Shown piece by piece: positions 1-9,581 of a stretch of DNA of 64,000 nucleotides (the first letter of the stretch is position 1; every line of letters starts with the position of its first letter). The notes beneath the pieces are model-generated. The model searched no databases. It was given only the letters and a program-made list of their open reading frames with translations, and was not told the DNA's origin. The translations under genes were made by a program, and so were the position numbers. Origin of the DNA: Elusimicrobiota bacterium. GTDB taxonomy: Bacteria; Elusimicrobiota; Elusimicrobia; UBA1565; JACRDR01. The stretch is from assembly GCA_016194745.1 (NCBI GenBank), contig JACQBA010000013.1, positions 128,822 to 192,821 on the forward strand, read 5' to 3'.

Positions 1-590
1 GACAGCACCGCGAACCGGTCGTCGCGCACCAGGGTCTCCGCCACCTCGTTGGAGCAGGGGAGCACCGCGAAGGCCTCCTCCGGCCAGCCCGCCGCGGCGA
101 TCGCCTCGGCGAGCTTCCGCGCCGTCTTGGGCGCGTGCGGCGCGGGCTTGAGCACGAACGGCGCGCCGACCGCCATCGCCGGAGCCACCTTGTGGGCGAC
201 GAGGTTGAGCGGAAAGTTGAACGGGGTGATGAAGAGGCACGCGCCGCGCGGGAAGCGGCGCACGAGCGCCACGCGGCCCTCGGTGTTCGCGTCAAGATCC
301 AACGGGAGCCACTCGCCGCCGAAACGCTTCGCCTCTTCCGCGGCCCACCCGAAGGTGAACGTGGCGCGGTCGACCTCGCGACGCGCTTCCTTGAGCGGCT
401 TCTTCACCTCCTCGACGATGAGCGCGGCGAACTCTTCCCTCTGCTTCTTGAGAATCTCCGCGACCCCCGCGAGGGCCGCGGCGCGCTTGTAGGCGGGGAT
501 CTGCGAGGTCCTTTTCGCCGCGCCCGCTACGCGCGCCGCGATCGCCGCCGCCTCCGCCGCCGTCACGTCCTTGCGAGGTTCTTCCGCCAT
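1..590 (-). CDS. NAD(P)-dependent aldehyde dehydrogenase family protein, N-terminal part (gene continues past window start)
   Basis: Manual reverse-complement translation from ATG at 590..588: MAEEPRKDVTAAEAAAIAARVAGAAKRTSQIPAYKRAAALAGVAEILKKQREEFAALIVEEV...CLFITPFNFPLNLVAHKVAPAMAVGAPFVLKPAP, including the ALDH-type PWNFP-like motif (ITPFNFPL). No stop before position 1. Absent from the ORF track because it is truncated at the window edge. Its start lies 5 nt downstream of the hutI stop. Confidence 0.65.
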   Translation of the reverse strand, partial: MAEEPRKDVTAAEAAAIAARVAGAAKRTSQIPAYKRAAALAGVAEILKKQREEFAALIVEEVKKPLKEARREVDRATFTFGWAAEEAKRFGGEWLPLDLDANTEGRVALVRRFPRGACLFITPFNFPLNLVAHKVAPAMAVGAPFVLKPAPHAPKTARKLAEAIAAAGWPEEAFAVLPCSNEVAETLVRDDRFAVL

Positions 591-594
591 AGCC

Positions 595-1863
595 TCAGTC
601 GAACGGCGTCATGTGGGAGGTGGAATGAACGATCTTTCCTTTCTTCATAACCCACGACGCCAGGTTGCCGCCGAAGTAATACGCCGCTTCCCGATAATCC
701 GCGGCGTCGAGCAGGACGAGGTCGGCCTGCTTGCCCACCTCGATCGAGCCGTGCGTCTTGCCCAGGCCCAAAGCCCAGGCGCCGTTGATGGTCGCGGCGA
801 CGAGCGCCTCCTCCGGAAACAGTCGCAGCTGCGTGCACGCCAAAGAGAGGACAAACTGCATGTTCCAGCACGGGGCCGACCCGGGATTGAAGTCCGTGGC
901 CAGCGCGACCGGGACGCCCGAATCGATGATGCGGCGCGCCGCGGGATAAGCCGTCGCGAGGAAATAGTTCGCGGCTGGGACCAAGGTCGCCACGGTGCCG
1001 GACGCCCTGAGCGCCTCGAGATCGTCCGCCTCGGCGCGATCGAGGTGGTCCGCCGAAACCGCGTTGTGCTTCGCCGCGACGCGCGCGCCGCCGGAGCGGG
1101 TCAGCTGCTCCGCGTGCACCTTGGCCTTGAGCCCGGCGCCCGCGCCCGCCGCGAGGACCTTCCCGGCGTCTTCTTCGGAGAAATAGCCTTTCTCGCAAAA
1201 AACGTCGACGAATCGGGCGAGCCCTTCCTTCGCGACCGCCGGGATCATATCCTCGCACACGCGCTTGACGTAGTCCGCCGGCCGCTCGCGCAACTCCGCG
1301 GGAAGCGCGTGCGCGCCGAGGAAAGTCGGGACAAGCTCGAGCGCCGTCAGCTCCGAGGCCCGGCGCACGACGCGGAGCATCTTAAGCTCCGACTCCAGAT
1401 CGAGACCGTAGCCGCTCTTCGCTTCCAAGGTGGTCGTGCCGCATTCGATGAAGCGCAGGCACCAGTCGACGAGCCTCTCGACGAGCTGGCCCTCGGTGGC
1501 GAGCCGCACCTTCCGCACGCTGGAGAGGATCCCCCCTCCCGCCGCTCCGATCTCCGCGTACGACTTCCCGCCGATCCGCATCGCGAAATCCTCGAGCCGC
1601 GGCTCGGCGAAGACGGGATGCGAATGGCTGTCCACGAAGCCCGGCAGGAGGATACGGCCGCCGGCGTCGACGATCCGGGCGGCGTCGGCTCCCGGATGCC
1701 TCATGACGACGTCCCGCAGGCCCACCGCCGCGATCTTTCCGTCCTCGACGAGGACCGCGCCGTCGCGGTAGAGTCCGACCTTGCGCATTTCCTCGCCGGC
1801 GCGGGGCCGGTCGGGGCCTTGGAAGGACAGAACTTGGGCGGCGTTTACGATGAGGAATCGCAC
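595..1863 (-). CDS. hutI: imidazolonepropionase (amidohydrolase superfamily)
   Basis: 422 aa. Metal-binding HxH motif (LLPGFVDSHSHPVF) and ATDFNPGSAP motif typical of HutI; length and overall pattern fit imidazolonepropionase. Confidence 0.85.
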   Translation of the reverse strand: MRFLIVNAAQVLSFQGPDRPRAGEEMRKVGLYRDGAVLVEDGKIAAVGLRDVVMRHPGADAARIVDAGGRILLPGFVDSHSHPVFAEPRLEDFAMRIGGKSYAEIGAAGGGILSSVRKVRLATEGQLVERLVDWCLRFIECGTTTLEAKSGYGLDLESELKMLRVVRRASELTALELVPTFLGAHALPAELRERPADYVKRVCEDMIPAVAKEGLARFVDVFCEKGYFSEEDAGKVLAAGAGAGLKAKVHAEQLTRSGGARVAAKHNAVSADHLDRAEADDLEALRASGTVATLVPAANYFLATAYPAARRIIDSGVPVALATDFNPGSAPCWNMQFVLSLACTQLRLFPEEALVAATINGAWALGLGKTHGSIEVGKQADLVLLDAADYREAAYYFGGNLASWVMKKGKIVHSTSHMTPFD

Positions 1864-1900
1864 GAGGGCATTCTACAACATTGCCTCCGTCGGTAGGACT

Positions 1901-2878
1901 CTACGCCTTCACGAACTCGACGAGGAGGTTCTTCGTGGGATCGCCCTTTTGGGACAGGGGCCCGCGCTCGGCGCGTTTGAAGCCGGAGGCGGCAAGGAGG
2001 CGGCTCCAGTCGCCGATCGAGCGGAACAGGCGCACCTGCTCGCGGTTCGTCTTCCACGGCAGGAACAGACCCGCGTTGAAGACGTCGTGGGCCAGCGCCA
2101 CGAGCGTGTCCTGGTCCTTGCTGTCGACGTCGTGGTCGCGCATGATGAGGCGCCCGCCCGGCTTGAGCACCTTCCGGATGGAGGAAACGAAGCCCTCCAG
2201 CCGGTCGGTCGGCGCGTGGTGCAGGCCGATGAAGTTCGTGACGAGGTCGAGACTGCCCTCCTGGATCTTCGAGCCCGCGAACGGATCGTAGTTGCCCATC
2301 TGGATGAACGTCCCGATCTTGGGGATGCGGCCCCGCTCCATGATCTCCGAGACCCCGTAGGTCGCCGCCGCGTCGTTTACGAGATAAACCGGGCCCTTGA
2401 TCCTCACCCGCTTTCGCAGCTCGCTGACGTAACGCCCCGTCGTCCCGATCTCCAAATACCCGCCGATCGTCGCCGACTTTCCGATGAACTCGATCGTCTC
2501 CCGGGCCATCTCGTCCTTCTGCGCCTTCAGCGCCGGCAGGGCGTAGGTGATCTCCGATCCGGCCGGCTTGATTCCGGGGATGCGCTCGAGCAGCGCCTGG
2601 TATATCTTCTCGTCGGACTTGAGCTCTTGGGTCAATTCGAGGATGAGGGCATGGAACTTTTTCTCGGGATAAAGGTGGAAGACGTTGCTCAAAAACGGGT
2701 AGAACCTCTCGCGCAGGTCGGAGTTTCCATAAATCCGGGCGAAATTGCCCTTCTCGTCGCCGGCGTCCGCCAGGACCTTGGCCCAGTCCCCCGGACCCGC
2801 CAGGAGGACGAGAAGGGACAGCGAGCGCCGCAGGAAGGACCGTCGGTCCAGGCGCCCGTCGTCAATAGTCGTAGACAT
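1901..2878 (-). CDS. class I SAM-dependent methyltransferase-like protein with predicted twin-arginine (Tat) signal
   Basis: 325 aa. N-terminus DRRSFLRRSLSLLVLLAGPG resembles a Tat motif (S/T-R-R-x-F-L) followed by a hydrophobic h-region. Gly-rich motif I-like YLEIGTTGRY; motif post-II/III-like DLVTNFIGLHH and LKPGGRLIM. Its start overlaps the stop of the upstream FAD-oxidase gene by 17 nt. Confidence 0.5.
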   Translation of the reverse strand: MSTTIDDGRLDRRSFLRRSLSLLVLLAGPGDWAKVLADAGDEKGNFARIYGNSDLRERFYPFLSNVFHLYPEKKFHALILELTQELKSDEKIYQALLERIPGIKPAGSEITYALPALKAQKDEMARETIEFIGKSATIGGYLEIGTTGRYVSELRKRVRIKGPVYLVNDAAATYGVSEIMERGRIPKIGTFIQMGNYDPFAGSKIQEGSLDLVTNFIGLHHAPTDRLEGFVSSIRKVLKPGGRLIMRDHDVDSKDQDTLVALAHDVFNAGLFLPWKTNREQVRLFRSIGDWSRLLAASGFKRAERGPLSQKGDPTKNLLVEFVKA

Positions 2879-5264
2879 GGTCGATCGCGACCTCCTTGGC
2901 CAGGCCCGGAATCGCCTCGTGCAGCCGCCCCACGGGGACCGCGATCGCGACGCGCTTGACGCCCGGCTCCGTCAGCACCGGCCATTCCAGGATGACGTCG
3001 CCCCACGCCGACGCCTTGTCCCAACCGGCGGGCGCGACCACCGTCAGGGCGATCGTGCGGTTGCCGGCGATCTCGACGAATCGGACCTTGGCCGCGCTCA
3101 ATGCCGCGAGCGCGTTCCGGAAGTGCTCGTAGCGCAGAATGGAGATCAGCCGCCCTCCTCCCTCCAGCGTCTTGATCGTCCGGATTCCGGGAAACACATC
3201 CGCCGGATCGCGCGGGCTGATCACCCAGGCCTGGATGTCCATGCTCTCCGGCGAATAGGCCGCGCCCGTCGCGTAGCGGATGATGTCGGCCCATACGGTC
3301 TTGCCCGCGAGCAGGAGAGTCAGGAACACCTTGCGCTCCGTTCGGCGGAACGTATAGGGCTCCTGGAACGTCTGCACGTTCCACAGCTCGCCGATCTTCG
3401 GGCCGAACGGGTACTTATACCACGGCGTCGTATGGATGAACGTGGCGTAATCCTGCGCCAGCCGGTTGGCGAAAAAATCGACTTGGCCGCGCTCTCCCGG
3501 CTTTCCTTGGAGCGCCGACTTTTCCACCAGCCGCCCGATCGTGCGCTCGTAGGCCCCGACCAGCCAGTATTCGGCCGTGAAACTGGCGCCGATCGTCCAC
3601 AGCATCGCGCGCGCGCCCCAGTTGGAGGGATAGGCGCCCGACGCTCTGCGGACGCTGCGGTAGATCGTCCAGAATTGGCGAGCCGCGCCGAAGTACGGGA
3701 ATTGGCTCGGCAGGTTTTGCCTGAGGAACTCCGCCTGCTCGTCCGCGCTGAAGACGATGTACCATTCGGGCATGGTCAGAAACGTCTGATCCTCGGGCCG
3801 GGCGTAGCCCTTCGTCGACATGAGCTCGGCGCGCTGCGCCTCCAGCTTCGCGCGCTCGGGGGCGTCGGGAGGAGGCGCATAGCGGTCCCACAACCGGTTC
3901 CGGAACTTGTAGGTCGGATCGAGCTTCTTCTTGAGGACTACGAACTCTCCGGCGTCCGGATACGCCTTCTTGAACTGCCCGGGCGTCGCGACGATCTGGT
4001 ACGGCAGGTAGTACGTGCCCCCGACGGACAAGGCCGCGTCGATGAGCTCGCGCGTCCATGCCGCGACGTCCTCGCGCTCCGCCGCGGAGGTCCCCTGGCG
4101 GTAGTACAGAACGAAGGCGAAGCACTCCTGCCGCGCCCATGCCATGAGGGAGCCGGGATCCTTGCGCGCGTGGCGAATGGACACGTTCAGCGCGTTCACG
4201 TTGCGCTTCTGGAGGATCTCCCGCAGCTTTGGAACGAAGTCGGAGAACCTCTCGATCGGGACGAAATACTCCTGGAGCACGTATGTGCTCTTGGCCCGGG
4301 AGAAGGGTTCGAGCTCCTGGACGTCGTAGCTCGCCTCGTAGTTGCGCCAGACGACCACCGGCCTGCGCAGCCGCCACGGATCGATGTAGCGCATCCGCAG
4401 TTTCTTGCCCCAGGCATAGTCGGCGATCGCGACGTAGACGAGGCGGCTCAGCCAATAACGCGCGCCGTGCTTGTGGAGCCGCGCCTTCTGCGTGAGCGGC
4501 CGGTCGGTGCGCGAGAACGTGATGGCGGAGACCGTATCGTACGCCGGCGGATAAAGGTCCGCGTTGTGAAAGACCGCAGTGAGCGATCCCTTGATGTTGT
4601 CCTCGAAAAAGGTCCGGTAGGCGCCTACGGGCATGCGCAGCGCCTTGCGCTCGAGACGTTCGTTCTTCTCGAGGTCGAAGGTCGCCTCGACGATCACGCC
4701 GAGCCCGCCATAGCCGCCGATCGCGCCGAAGAAGATCTCGGAGTTCCTCTTCGGGTCCGCCTCGACCAGCTTCCCGTCCGCCAGCACGACCTTGATGGAC
4801 CTCACTGCGCGGATGAGCGGCCCTTGGTTGACGTAGCGCCCGTGGCAGTTGACGCTGAGCGCGCCGCCGACCGTGAAGTTGGAAAACGACTGCATGATCT
4901 TGAGCGACAGGTCCTGGGGATCGATGGCGTCCTGGATGGCCCTCCACGTCGCCCCCGCCTCGACGGTGACGGTCTTCTCCTTCGGGTCGATGGAAAGAAT
5001 CCGATCGAGCTTGCGCATGTCCAGGTACAAAGCCCCTTCGGTCGCCGTCTGCCCGCCCATGCTGTATCGGCCGCCGCCGATCGAGATCGGGCCGGAATGC
5101 TTGCGCACCAACCGCTGAATTTCCTCGACGGAGCTCGGCGCGGCGACCCGGTCGACCATGATCGGGTTGATGCCGGTGACGTCGTTTACGACGGCCGCGC
5201 GCGCGGCCGGGGCGGCCGACAAGAGCGCGAGCACGGCCGCCGCACGCAGGAATTGTCGCGTCAT
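2862..5264 (-). CDS. secreted FAD-linked oxidase (PCMH-type FAD-binding domain) with ~330-aa uncharacterised C-terminal domain
   Basis: Start taken at MTRQFLRAAAVLALLSAAPAARA (signal peptide); the ORF-track ORF begins earlier at 5327. FAD-binding region INPIMVDRVAAPSSVEEIQRLV...GGRYSMGGQ is typical of vanillyl-alcohol oxidase/GULO-type flavoproteins. C-terminal ~330 aa has no recognisable family. Confidence 0.75.
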   Translation of the reverse strand: MTRQFLRAAAVLALLSAAPAARAAVVNDVTGINPIMVDRVAAPSSVEEIQRLVRKHSGPISIGGGRYSMGGQTATEGALYLDMRKLDRILSIDPKEKTVTVEAGATWRAIQDAIDPQDLSLKIMQSFSNFTVGGALSVNCHGRYVNQGPLIRAVRSIKVVLADGKLVEADPKRNSEIFFGAIGGYGGLGVIVEATFDLEKNERLERKALRMPVGAYRTFFEDNIKGSLTAVFHNADLYPPAYDTVSAITFSRTDRPLTQKARLHKHGARYWLSRLVYVAIADYAWGKKLRMRYIDPWRLRRPVVVWRNYEASYDVQELEPFSRAKSTYVLQEYFVPIERFSDFVPKLREILQKRNVNALNVSIRHARKDPGSLMAWARQECFAFVLYYRQGTSAAEREDVAAWTRELIDAALSVGGTYYLPYQIVATPGQFKKAYPDAGEFVVLKKKLDPTYKFRNRLWDRYAPPPDAPERAKLEAQRAELMSTKGYARPEDQTFLTMPEWYIVFSADEQAEFLRQNLPSQFPYFGAARQFWTIYRSVRRASGAYPSNWGARAMLWTIGASFTAEYWLVGAYERTIGRLVEKSALQGKPGERGQVDFFANRLAQDYATFIHTTPWYKYPFGPKIGELWNVQTFQEPYTFRRTERKVFLTLLLAGKTVWADIIRYATGAAYSPESMDIQAWVISPRDPADVFPGIRTIKTLEGGGRLISILRYEHFRNALAALSAAKVRFVEIAGNRTIALTVVAPAGWDKASAWGDVILEWPVLTEPGVKRVAIAVPVGRLHEAIPGLAKEVAIDHVYDY

Positions 5265-5386
5265 GAGTTTCAGCGTATATATACCATTTTCCGCGCGGCG
5301 CCCCGGCCGGTAGGCCTTTAGACCCAAGATGGTTGGGATCGGATTGCCCTGGGGAGACCCCCCGGAGGCGGATACCCTGATATCGC

Positions 5387-6334
5387 ATGACTTGGATTCG
5401 CGCCGCCGCCGCAGTGCTCCTGTTGACGCCCTCGGGCATGTCGTTCGCCGGGGTCGCCGATCTTCCCTGGGGCGGGAGCGCCGGCGCCCGCCTCGGCCCG
5501 CTCTCGCCGACGGCCGCCGCGATCCGGCCCTCGGCTCCGGCCGCGGCCGATCGCGGCCTCGCCGCGGCCTGCAGATCCTCCGACCCGATCGTGGTGCTGG
5601 ACAACTTCGCCGGTTCTACGCTCGCGCCGTACATCGACGTGGACGGGGACGGCGTCGCGGACGTCGCCCACGGGGACCTGGTCGCCGCGCTCTATCGCGC
5701 CGCCGGGAAGAGGGTCCTGCCCTTGAACATGGCGGGCGACGGCCAGCTCGACACGCTGGCGGACCTGCTCGAGCCGGTGGCGGACGCCGTCGAACGCGGC
5801 GCTCTGCGCATCTCCGGCATCAACGTCTCGCAAATGGCGGCCGTCTCCGCCGCGGCGATCCGCCGCGACACGGGCCTTCCCTACGGGTCGAGCGACTTCT
5901 ACGCCCGGCGCGGAGAGATCAACGCGGCGGTCATCGCGCTGATGGACACGCACGGCGCTCCGGGCTACGGCCGGCTGTCCCGCCTATTCGCGCGCTTCCA
6001 CCGGCGCGGCATCCCCATCCTCATCGCCGCGGGAAACGGCGGCCCCGCCAAGGTCAGCCTACTGAGCTTTCTCCCAGGCACCTACCCGATCGGCGCGCTC
6101 GGCGCCGACGGCGCGCGGCTGCGGCTGTCGGCCGCCGGCAGCCTGGTCGCGGCGTGGCGGCGCGGAGAGTTCGTCCTCGCCCGCACCTCCGACGGGAACG
6201 TCGACATCGACGGCGACGGCATCGGCGACTTCGACGCGCGGATGCTGAGCGGCCGGAGCGCGAAAGGACTCGGCCGCCCGCGCACGATCCTCGGCACGTC
6301 CTACGCCGCTCCCGCCGTCTGCCTGCGGCGCTGA
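5387..6334 (+). CDS. secreted subtilisin-like (S8 family) serine peptidase, unusually short
   Basis: 315 aa with N-terminal signal peptide. S8 active-site landmarks in order: Asp region DPIVVLDNFAGS, His region HGDLVAALY, oxyanion Asn ILIAAGNGGPA, Ser region GTSYAAPAV. The competing minus-strand ORF 5318..5953 is Arg/Gly-rich junk. Confidence 0.6.
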   Translation: MTWIRAAAAVLLLTPSGMSFAGVADLPWGGSAGARLGPLSPTAAAIRPSAPAAADRGLAAACRSSDPIVVLDNFAGSTLAPYIDVDGDGVADVAHGDLVAALYRAAGKRVLPLNMAGDGQLDTLADLLEPVADAVERGALRISGINVSQMAAVSAAAIRRDTGLPYGSSDFYARRGEINAAVIALMDTHGAPGYGRLSRLFARFHRRGIPILIAAGNGGPAKVSLLSFLPGTYPIGALGADGARLRLSAAGSLVAAWRRGEFVLARTSDGNVDIDGDGIGDFDARMLSGRSAKGLGRPRTILGTSYAAPAVCLRR

Positions 6335-6343
6335 TCCCCGTCC

Positions 6344-6823
6344 GTGACTACCCGCCGGCCGTCGCTTCTCCTGCTCCTGGCGCTCTGCGCATGCGCCGGC
6401 GGCCCCGCGAACCGGCCCCCGGCCGGCGCGCCGGTCGCGGCGTCGGACGAGCGGACCGCGCAGGCGCGCTCCTATATCGAGCGCGCGCTCGAGAATCCGT
6501 CCCATATCCGCTATTTTCATCGCGAGGTCCCCGCGAGCGCCGAAACCTCCCGCATCCTCTCCGCGAGGGTCGACGGCGACAGCCTCGTCGTCACCGTGCA
6601 TGACGGAAAGGGAGGAGCTCCGGTCTCCAAGGCGGTCTCCCTGCGCGGCATGCCCCTCACCCTCGAGGGGGCGTCGCTCGGCGGCCGCAAGAACGCGACG
6701 ATCGTCCTTTCCAAGGACCCGGACTCCTTCCTCTCGATCTACTACAACAAGGGCTCGGCGGTCGCGCCGCTGCTCAAGGCCCTTCAGGCGCTCAAGAACG
6801 GCGCCGCGTCCGGCTCCCGCTAG
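6344..6823 (+). CDS. hypothetical lipoprotein
   Basis: 159 aa. N-terminus MTTRRPSLLLLLALCACAGG has lipobox-like LALC followed by Cys. Begins 10 nt after the subtilase stop. No recognisable family. Confidence 0.5.
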   Translation: MTTRRPSLLLLLALCACAGGPANRPPAGAPVAASDERTAQARSYIERALENPSHIRYFHREVPASAETSRILSARVDGDSLVVTVHDGKGGAPVSKAVSLRGMPLTLEGASLGGRKNATIVLSKDPDSFLSIYYNKGSAVAPLLKALQALKNGAASGSR

Positions 6824-6874
6824 CGCCGCGCCAGGCGTATGGCCCGTCCGCCGCGATTTTCATAAGATAGCCCC

Positions 6875-8164
6875 GTGCCGCGAATCAAGACGGAATCGTA
6901 CTCCTTGCCGAACGGCATGCGCGTCGTCCTCGCGCCGGACCGGACCGTGCCGGTCGCGACCGTCTCGATGATCGTCAACGTCGGCAGCCGCTCGGAGCGG
7001 CCGGGACGCTCCGGATTCGCCCATCTGTTCGAGCACCTGATGTTCGAGGGCTCCCAGAACGTTCCGCGCGGCATGTTCGACAAGCTCCTGGAAAGCTATG
7101 GAGGCGACAACAACGCCTCGACCCACAAGGACTTCACGCACTACTACGAAAACGTCCCTTCCAACGCGCTGCCCGTGGCGCTGTGGCTCGACGCCGACCG
7201 GCTGAACGCGCTGGCCATCACCGATGAGGCCCGGGAGAACCAGATCTCGGTTGTCAAAGAGGAGAAGCGCCTCCGGATCGACAACGAGCCCTACGGCCCC
7301 GCGCTCTACGACGAGATCAGCGCGCGGTCCTACAAGAACTGGCAGAACGCCCATTCCACGATGGGCTCCTTCGAGGAACTGGAGGCGGCCTCGCGCGAGG
7401 ACGTGCAGGAGTTTTTCAACGCGAACTACGCCCCCTCGAACGTCATCCTGGGCGTCGTCGGCGACTTCGAGCCAGAGGAGATCAAGCCGCGGATCGAGAC
7501 GCTGTTCGGGCGCATCCCCAACCGCGGCAAGCCGGCGCCGGTGGACACCCGCGAACCCGACGGAGCGTTCACGTTCGTCAAGGGCTCCATTTCGGACGCC
7601 CACGCGAACCTGCCGGCGGCGGGCATCGCCTGGCGGGGCATGCCCGAGCGCGGGACGCGTGACTTCTACGCGCTGAGCCTGTTAGGCAGCGTGCTCTTCG
7701 GGGGCAAGAGTTCCCGGCTCTACCTCCGGCTGGTCAAGGATTCGCAGACCGCGATCTCGGTCGACGGCGGACTGGGGTTCCCCGAGACCGACTACTCGGA
7801 GTTCAAGGCGCCCGGCATCTTCGGGGCGTTCGTCGTGTACAAGAGCGGCCGCACGGCCGAGGACATCCTTCGGCTCATGGAGGCCGGCATCGGCGAGATC
7901 GCCGCGGACGGCGTCGGCGACGCGGAACTGGCGCGCATCAAGACGAAGTTCCGCTCAGACTGGATCCGCTCGCAGGAAACCGCCCTCGGCCGCGCGGGAA
8001 TGATCCTGCGCGCCGCCCTCCTCGACGGCGACGCCAAGGCCGCCGACGCGGATTTGGAGCGGTACTTGGCGTGCACTTCCGCCGACATCCGCGCCGCGGC
8101 GGCCAAGTACCTGACGCGGGAGCGCGCGATGCTTTTGGAGATCCTTCCCGAGGCCTCCGAATGA
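6875..8164 (+). CDS. M16 family (pitrilysin/insulinase) zinc peptidase, catalytic subunit
   Basis: 429 aa. Inverted zinc-binding motif HxxEH present (FAHLFEHLMFEGS) with a downstream Glu-rich region; typical M16 N-terminal domain. Confidence 0.85.
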   Translation: MPRIKTESYSLPNGMRVVLAPDRTVPVATVSMIVNVGSRSERPGRSGFAHLFEHLMFEGSQNVPRGMFDKLLESYGGDNNASTHKDFTHYYENVPSNALPVALWLDADRLNALAITDEARENQISVVKEEKRLRIDNEPYGPALYDEISARSYKNWQNAHSTMGSFEELEAASREDVQEFFNANYAPSNVILGVVGDFEPEEIKPRIETLFGRIPNRGKPAPVDTREPDGAFTFVKGSISDAHANLPAAGIAWRGMPERGTRDFYALSLLGSVLFGGKSSRLYLRLVKDSQTAISVDGGLGFPETDYSEFKAPGIFGAFVVYKSGRTAEDILRLMEAGIGEIAADGVGDAELARIKTKFRSDWIRSQETALGRAGMILRAALLDGDAKAADADLERYLACTSADIRAAAAKYLTRERAMLLEILPEASE

Positions 8165-9519
8165 CCGCGGACTTCTCGACGCCGCCGATCGTCGGGCCGG
8201 TCAAACCCTATCACCCTCCCCGCCGCACCGAGTTCACGCTCCCGAACGGGTGCGAGGTCCTGGTCGTGAGCGACCGGCGCTTCCCGCTCGTCAGCGTCCG
8301 CCTGGGCCTGCGGCGCGGCGCGCGCCAGTTCCCTCCCGAAGAGGCCGGCGCGATGGACGCCCTGGCCGATCTGCTCACGGAGGGGACGCGCTCGCGCAAC
8401 GCCAAGGAGCTCGCGGAAGAGGCGGACGCGATCGGCGGCGAGATCGGCGCGTCGGCGGGCCAGGATTTCCTCGCCGTGCGCGCGTTCGCCCTCTCGGAGC
8501 ACGCGGACCGGCTCTTCGACCTATTGGCCGATGTCGCGCTCCGGCCCACGTTTCCGGACGGAGAAGTCGACTTGCGCAAGCAGAACATGCTCGAGGAACT
8601 GAAGATCTCCCGCAGCCAGCCCTCGTTCCTCTCGGAGGTCGTGTTCGCCAAGAATCTCTACGGCGCCCACCCGTACTCGATCATCGCGCCGACGGAAGAG
8701 TCCATCGCGCGCATCTCGCGGCGGCGGCTCGCGGAGATGCATGCCGCGATATTCACCCCGAGCCTTTCGGTCATCGTGGTGGTCGGAGACATCGACCCTC
8801 AAGCGGCCGCCGACGCGATCCGCTCCCGGTTCGGCGACTGGACGCGCCGCGACGCACCCGCGGCCGGCAGCCCGCAGCCGCCCAAGGACCGCCGGCGCAG
8901 CGTCTTCCTGCTGGACCGGCCGGGTTCCGCCCAGACCGATCTTCGCATCGGGAACCTGGCCGCGCGGGAATGCGACCCGCACTACGTCCCGCTGCTGGTC
9001 CTCAACAACGCCCTGGGCGGAAGCTTCGCTTCGCGGCTGATGACCGAACTGCGCGAGCGGCGCGGGTTCACGTACGGCGTGAGCACGCAGATCGCCTCCC
9101 AGCAGGAGCTGGCGGCGCTCGAGCTGTCGACGCAGGTCCGCACCGACTCGACGGAAGAGTCGGTCCGGGTCATCCTCGAGCATTTCGAGCGGGTCCGCAG
9201 CGAGACGATATCGGACGAGGAGATCTCCAAGGCCAAGAACGTCCTGGCCGGACGCTTCGTGCGCCGCATGGAGACCCAGCGCGGCGTCGCGGACCAGTTC
9301 CTGCGCCTGAAGCTCTACGGCCTCCTCCCGGACCATCTCGAGACCTTCGTCGGGCGCGTGAACGCGGTCACCCGCGAGCAGGCGCTGGAAGCCGCCCGGC
9401 GCTACGTGCTTCCGGACAGCGTCGTCATTGCGGCGGTCGGCGACGCGTCCCGGATCGAGGCCGGGCTCGCGCTGCACAGCCGCGAGCCCGTGCGCCGCGT
9501 GGGCGTCGGCGGCGAGTAG
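8161..9519 (+). CDS. M16 family peptidase-like protein, non-catalytic partner subunit (no HxxEH)
   Basis: Start taken at ATG 8161 (MTADFSTPPIVGPV...), overlapping the previous stop as ATGA; the ORF-track ORF 8071..9519 begins at an upstream alternative start. M16-like architecture without the HxxEH motif, as in inactive PqqL/MPP-beta-like partners. Confidence 0.75.
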   Translation: MTADFSTPPIVGPVKPYHPPRRTEFTLPNGCEVLVVSDRRFPLVSVRLGLRRGARQFPPEEAGAMDALADLLTEGTRSRNAKELAEEADAIGGEIGASAGQDFLAVRAFALSEHADRLFDLLADVALRPTFPDGEVDLRKQNMLEELKISRSQPSFLSEVVFAKNLYGAHPYSIIAPTEESIARISRRRLAEMHAAIFTPSLSVIVVVGDIDPQAAADAIRSRFGDWTRRDAPAAGSPQPPKDRRRSVFLLDRPGSAQTDLRIGNLAARECDPHYVPLLVLNNALGGSFASRLMTELRERRGFTYGVSTQIASQQELAALELSTQVRTDSTEESVRVILEHFERVRSETISDEEISKAKNVLAGRFVRRMETQRGVADQFLRLKLYGLLPDHLETFVGRVNAVTREQALEAARRYVLPDSVVIAAVGDASRIEAGLALHSREPVRRVGVGGE

Positions 9520-9581
9520 CCCGTCTGCGCCCCTCTTCTATGACCCTCGTCATATGTGCTATACATCCCTAGGTCTTTAGG

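Noticed and set aside
2745-5321. 858-aa + strand ORF (and 3415..5634 minus, 739 aa) overlapping the FAD-oxidase gene
   Set aside because: Translations are Arg/Gly/Pro/Asp-rich and low-complexity with no motifs, typical antisense or frame-shifted ORFs in 68% GC DNA. The minus-strand frame 2862..5264 has a signal peptide and a clear FAD-binding domain.
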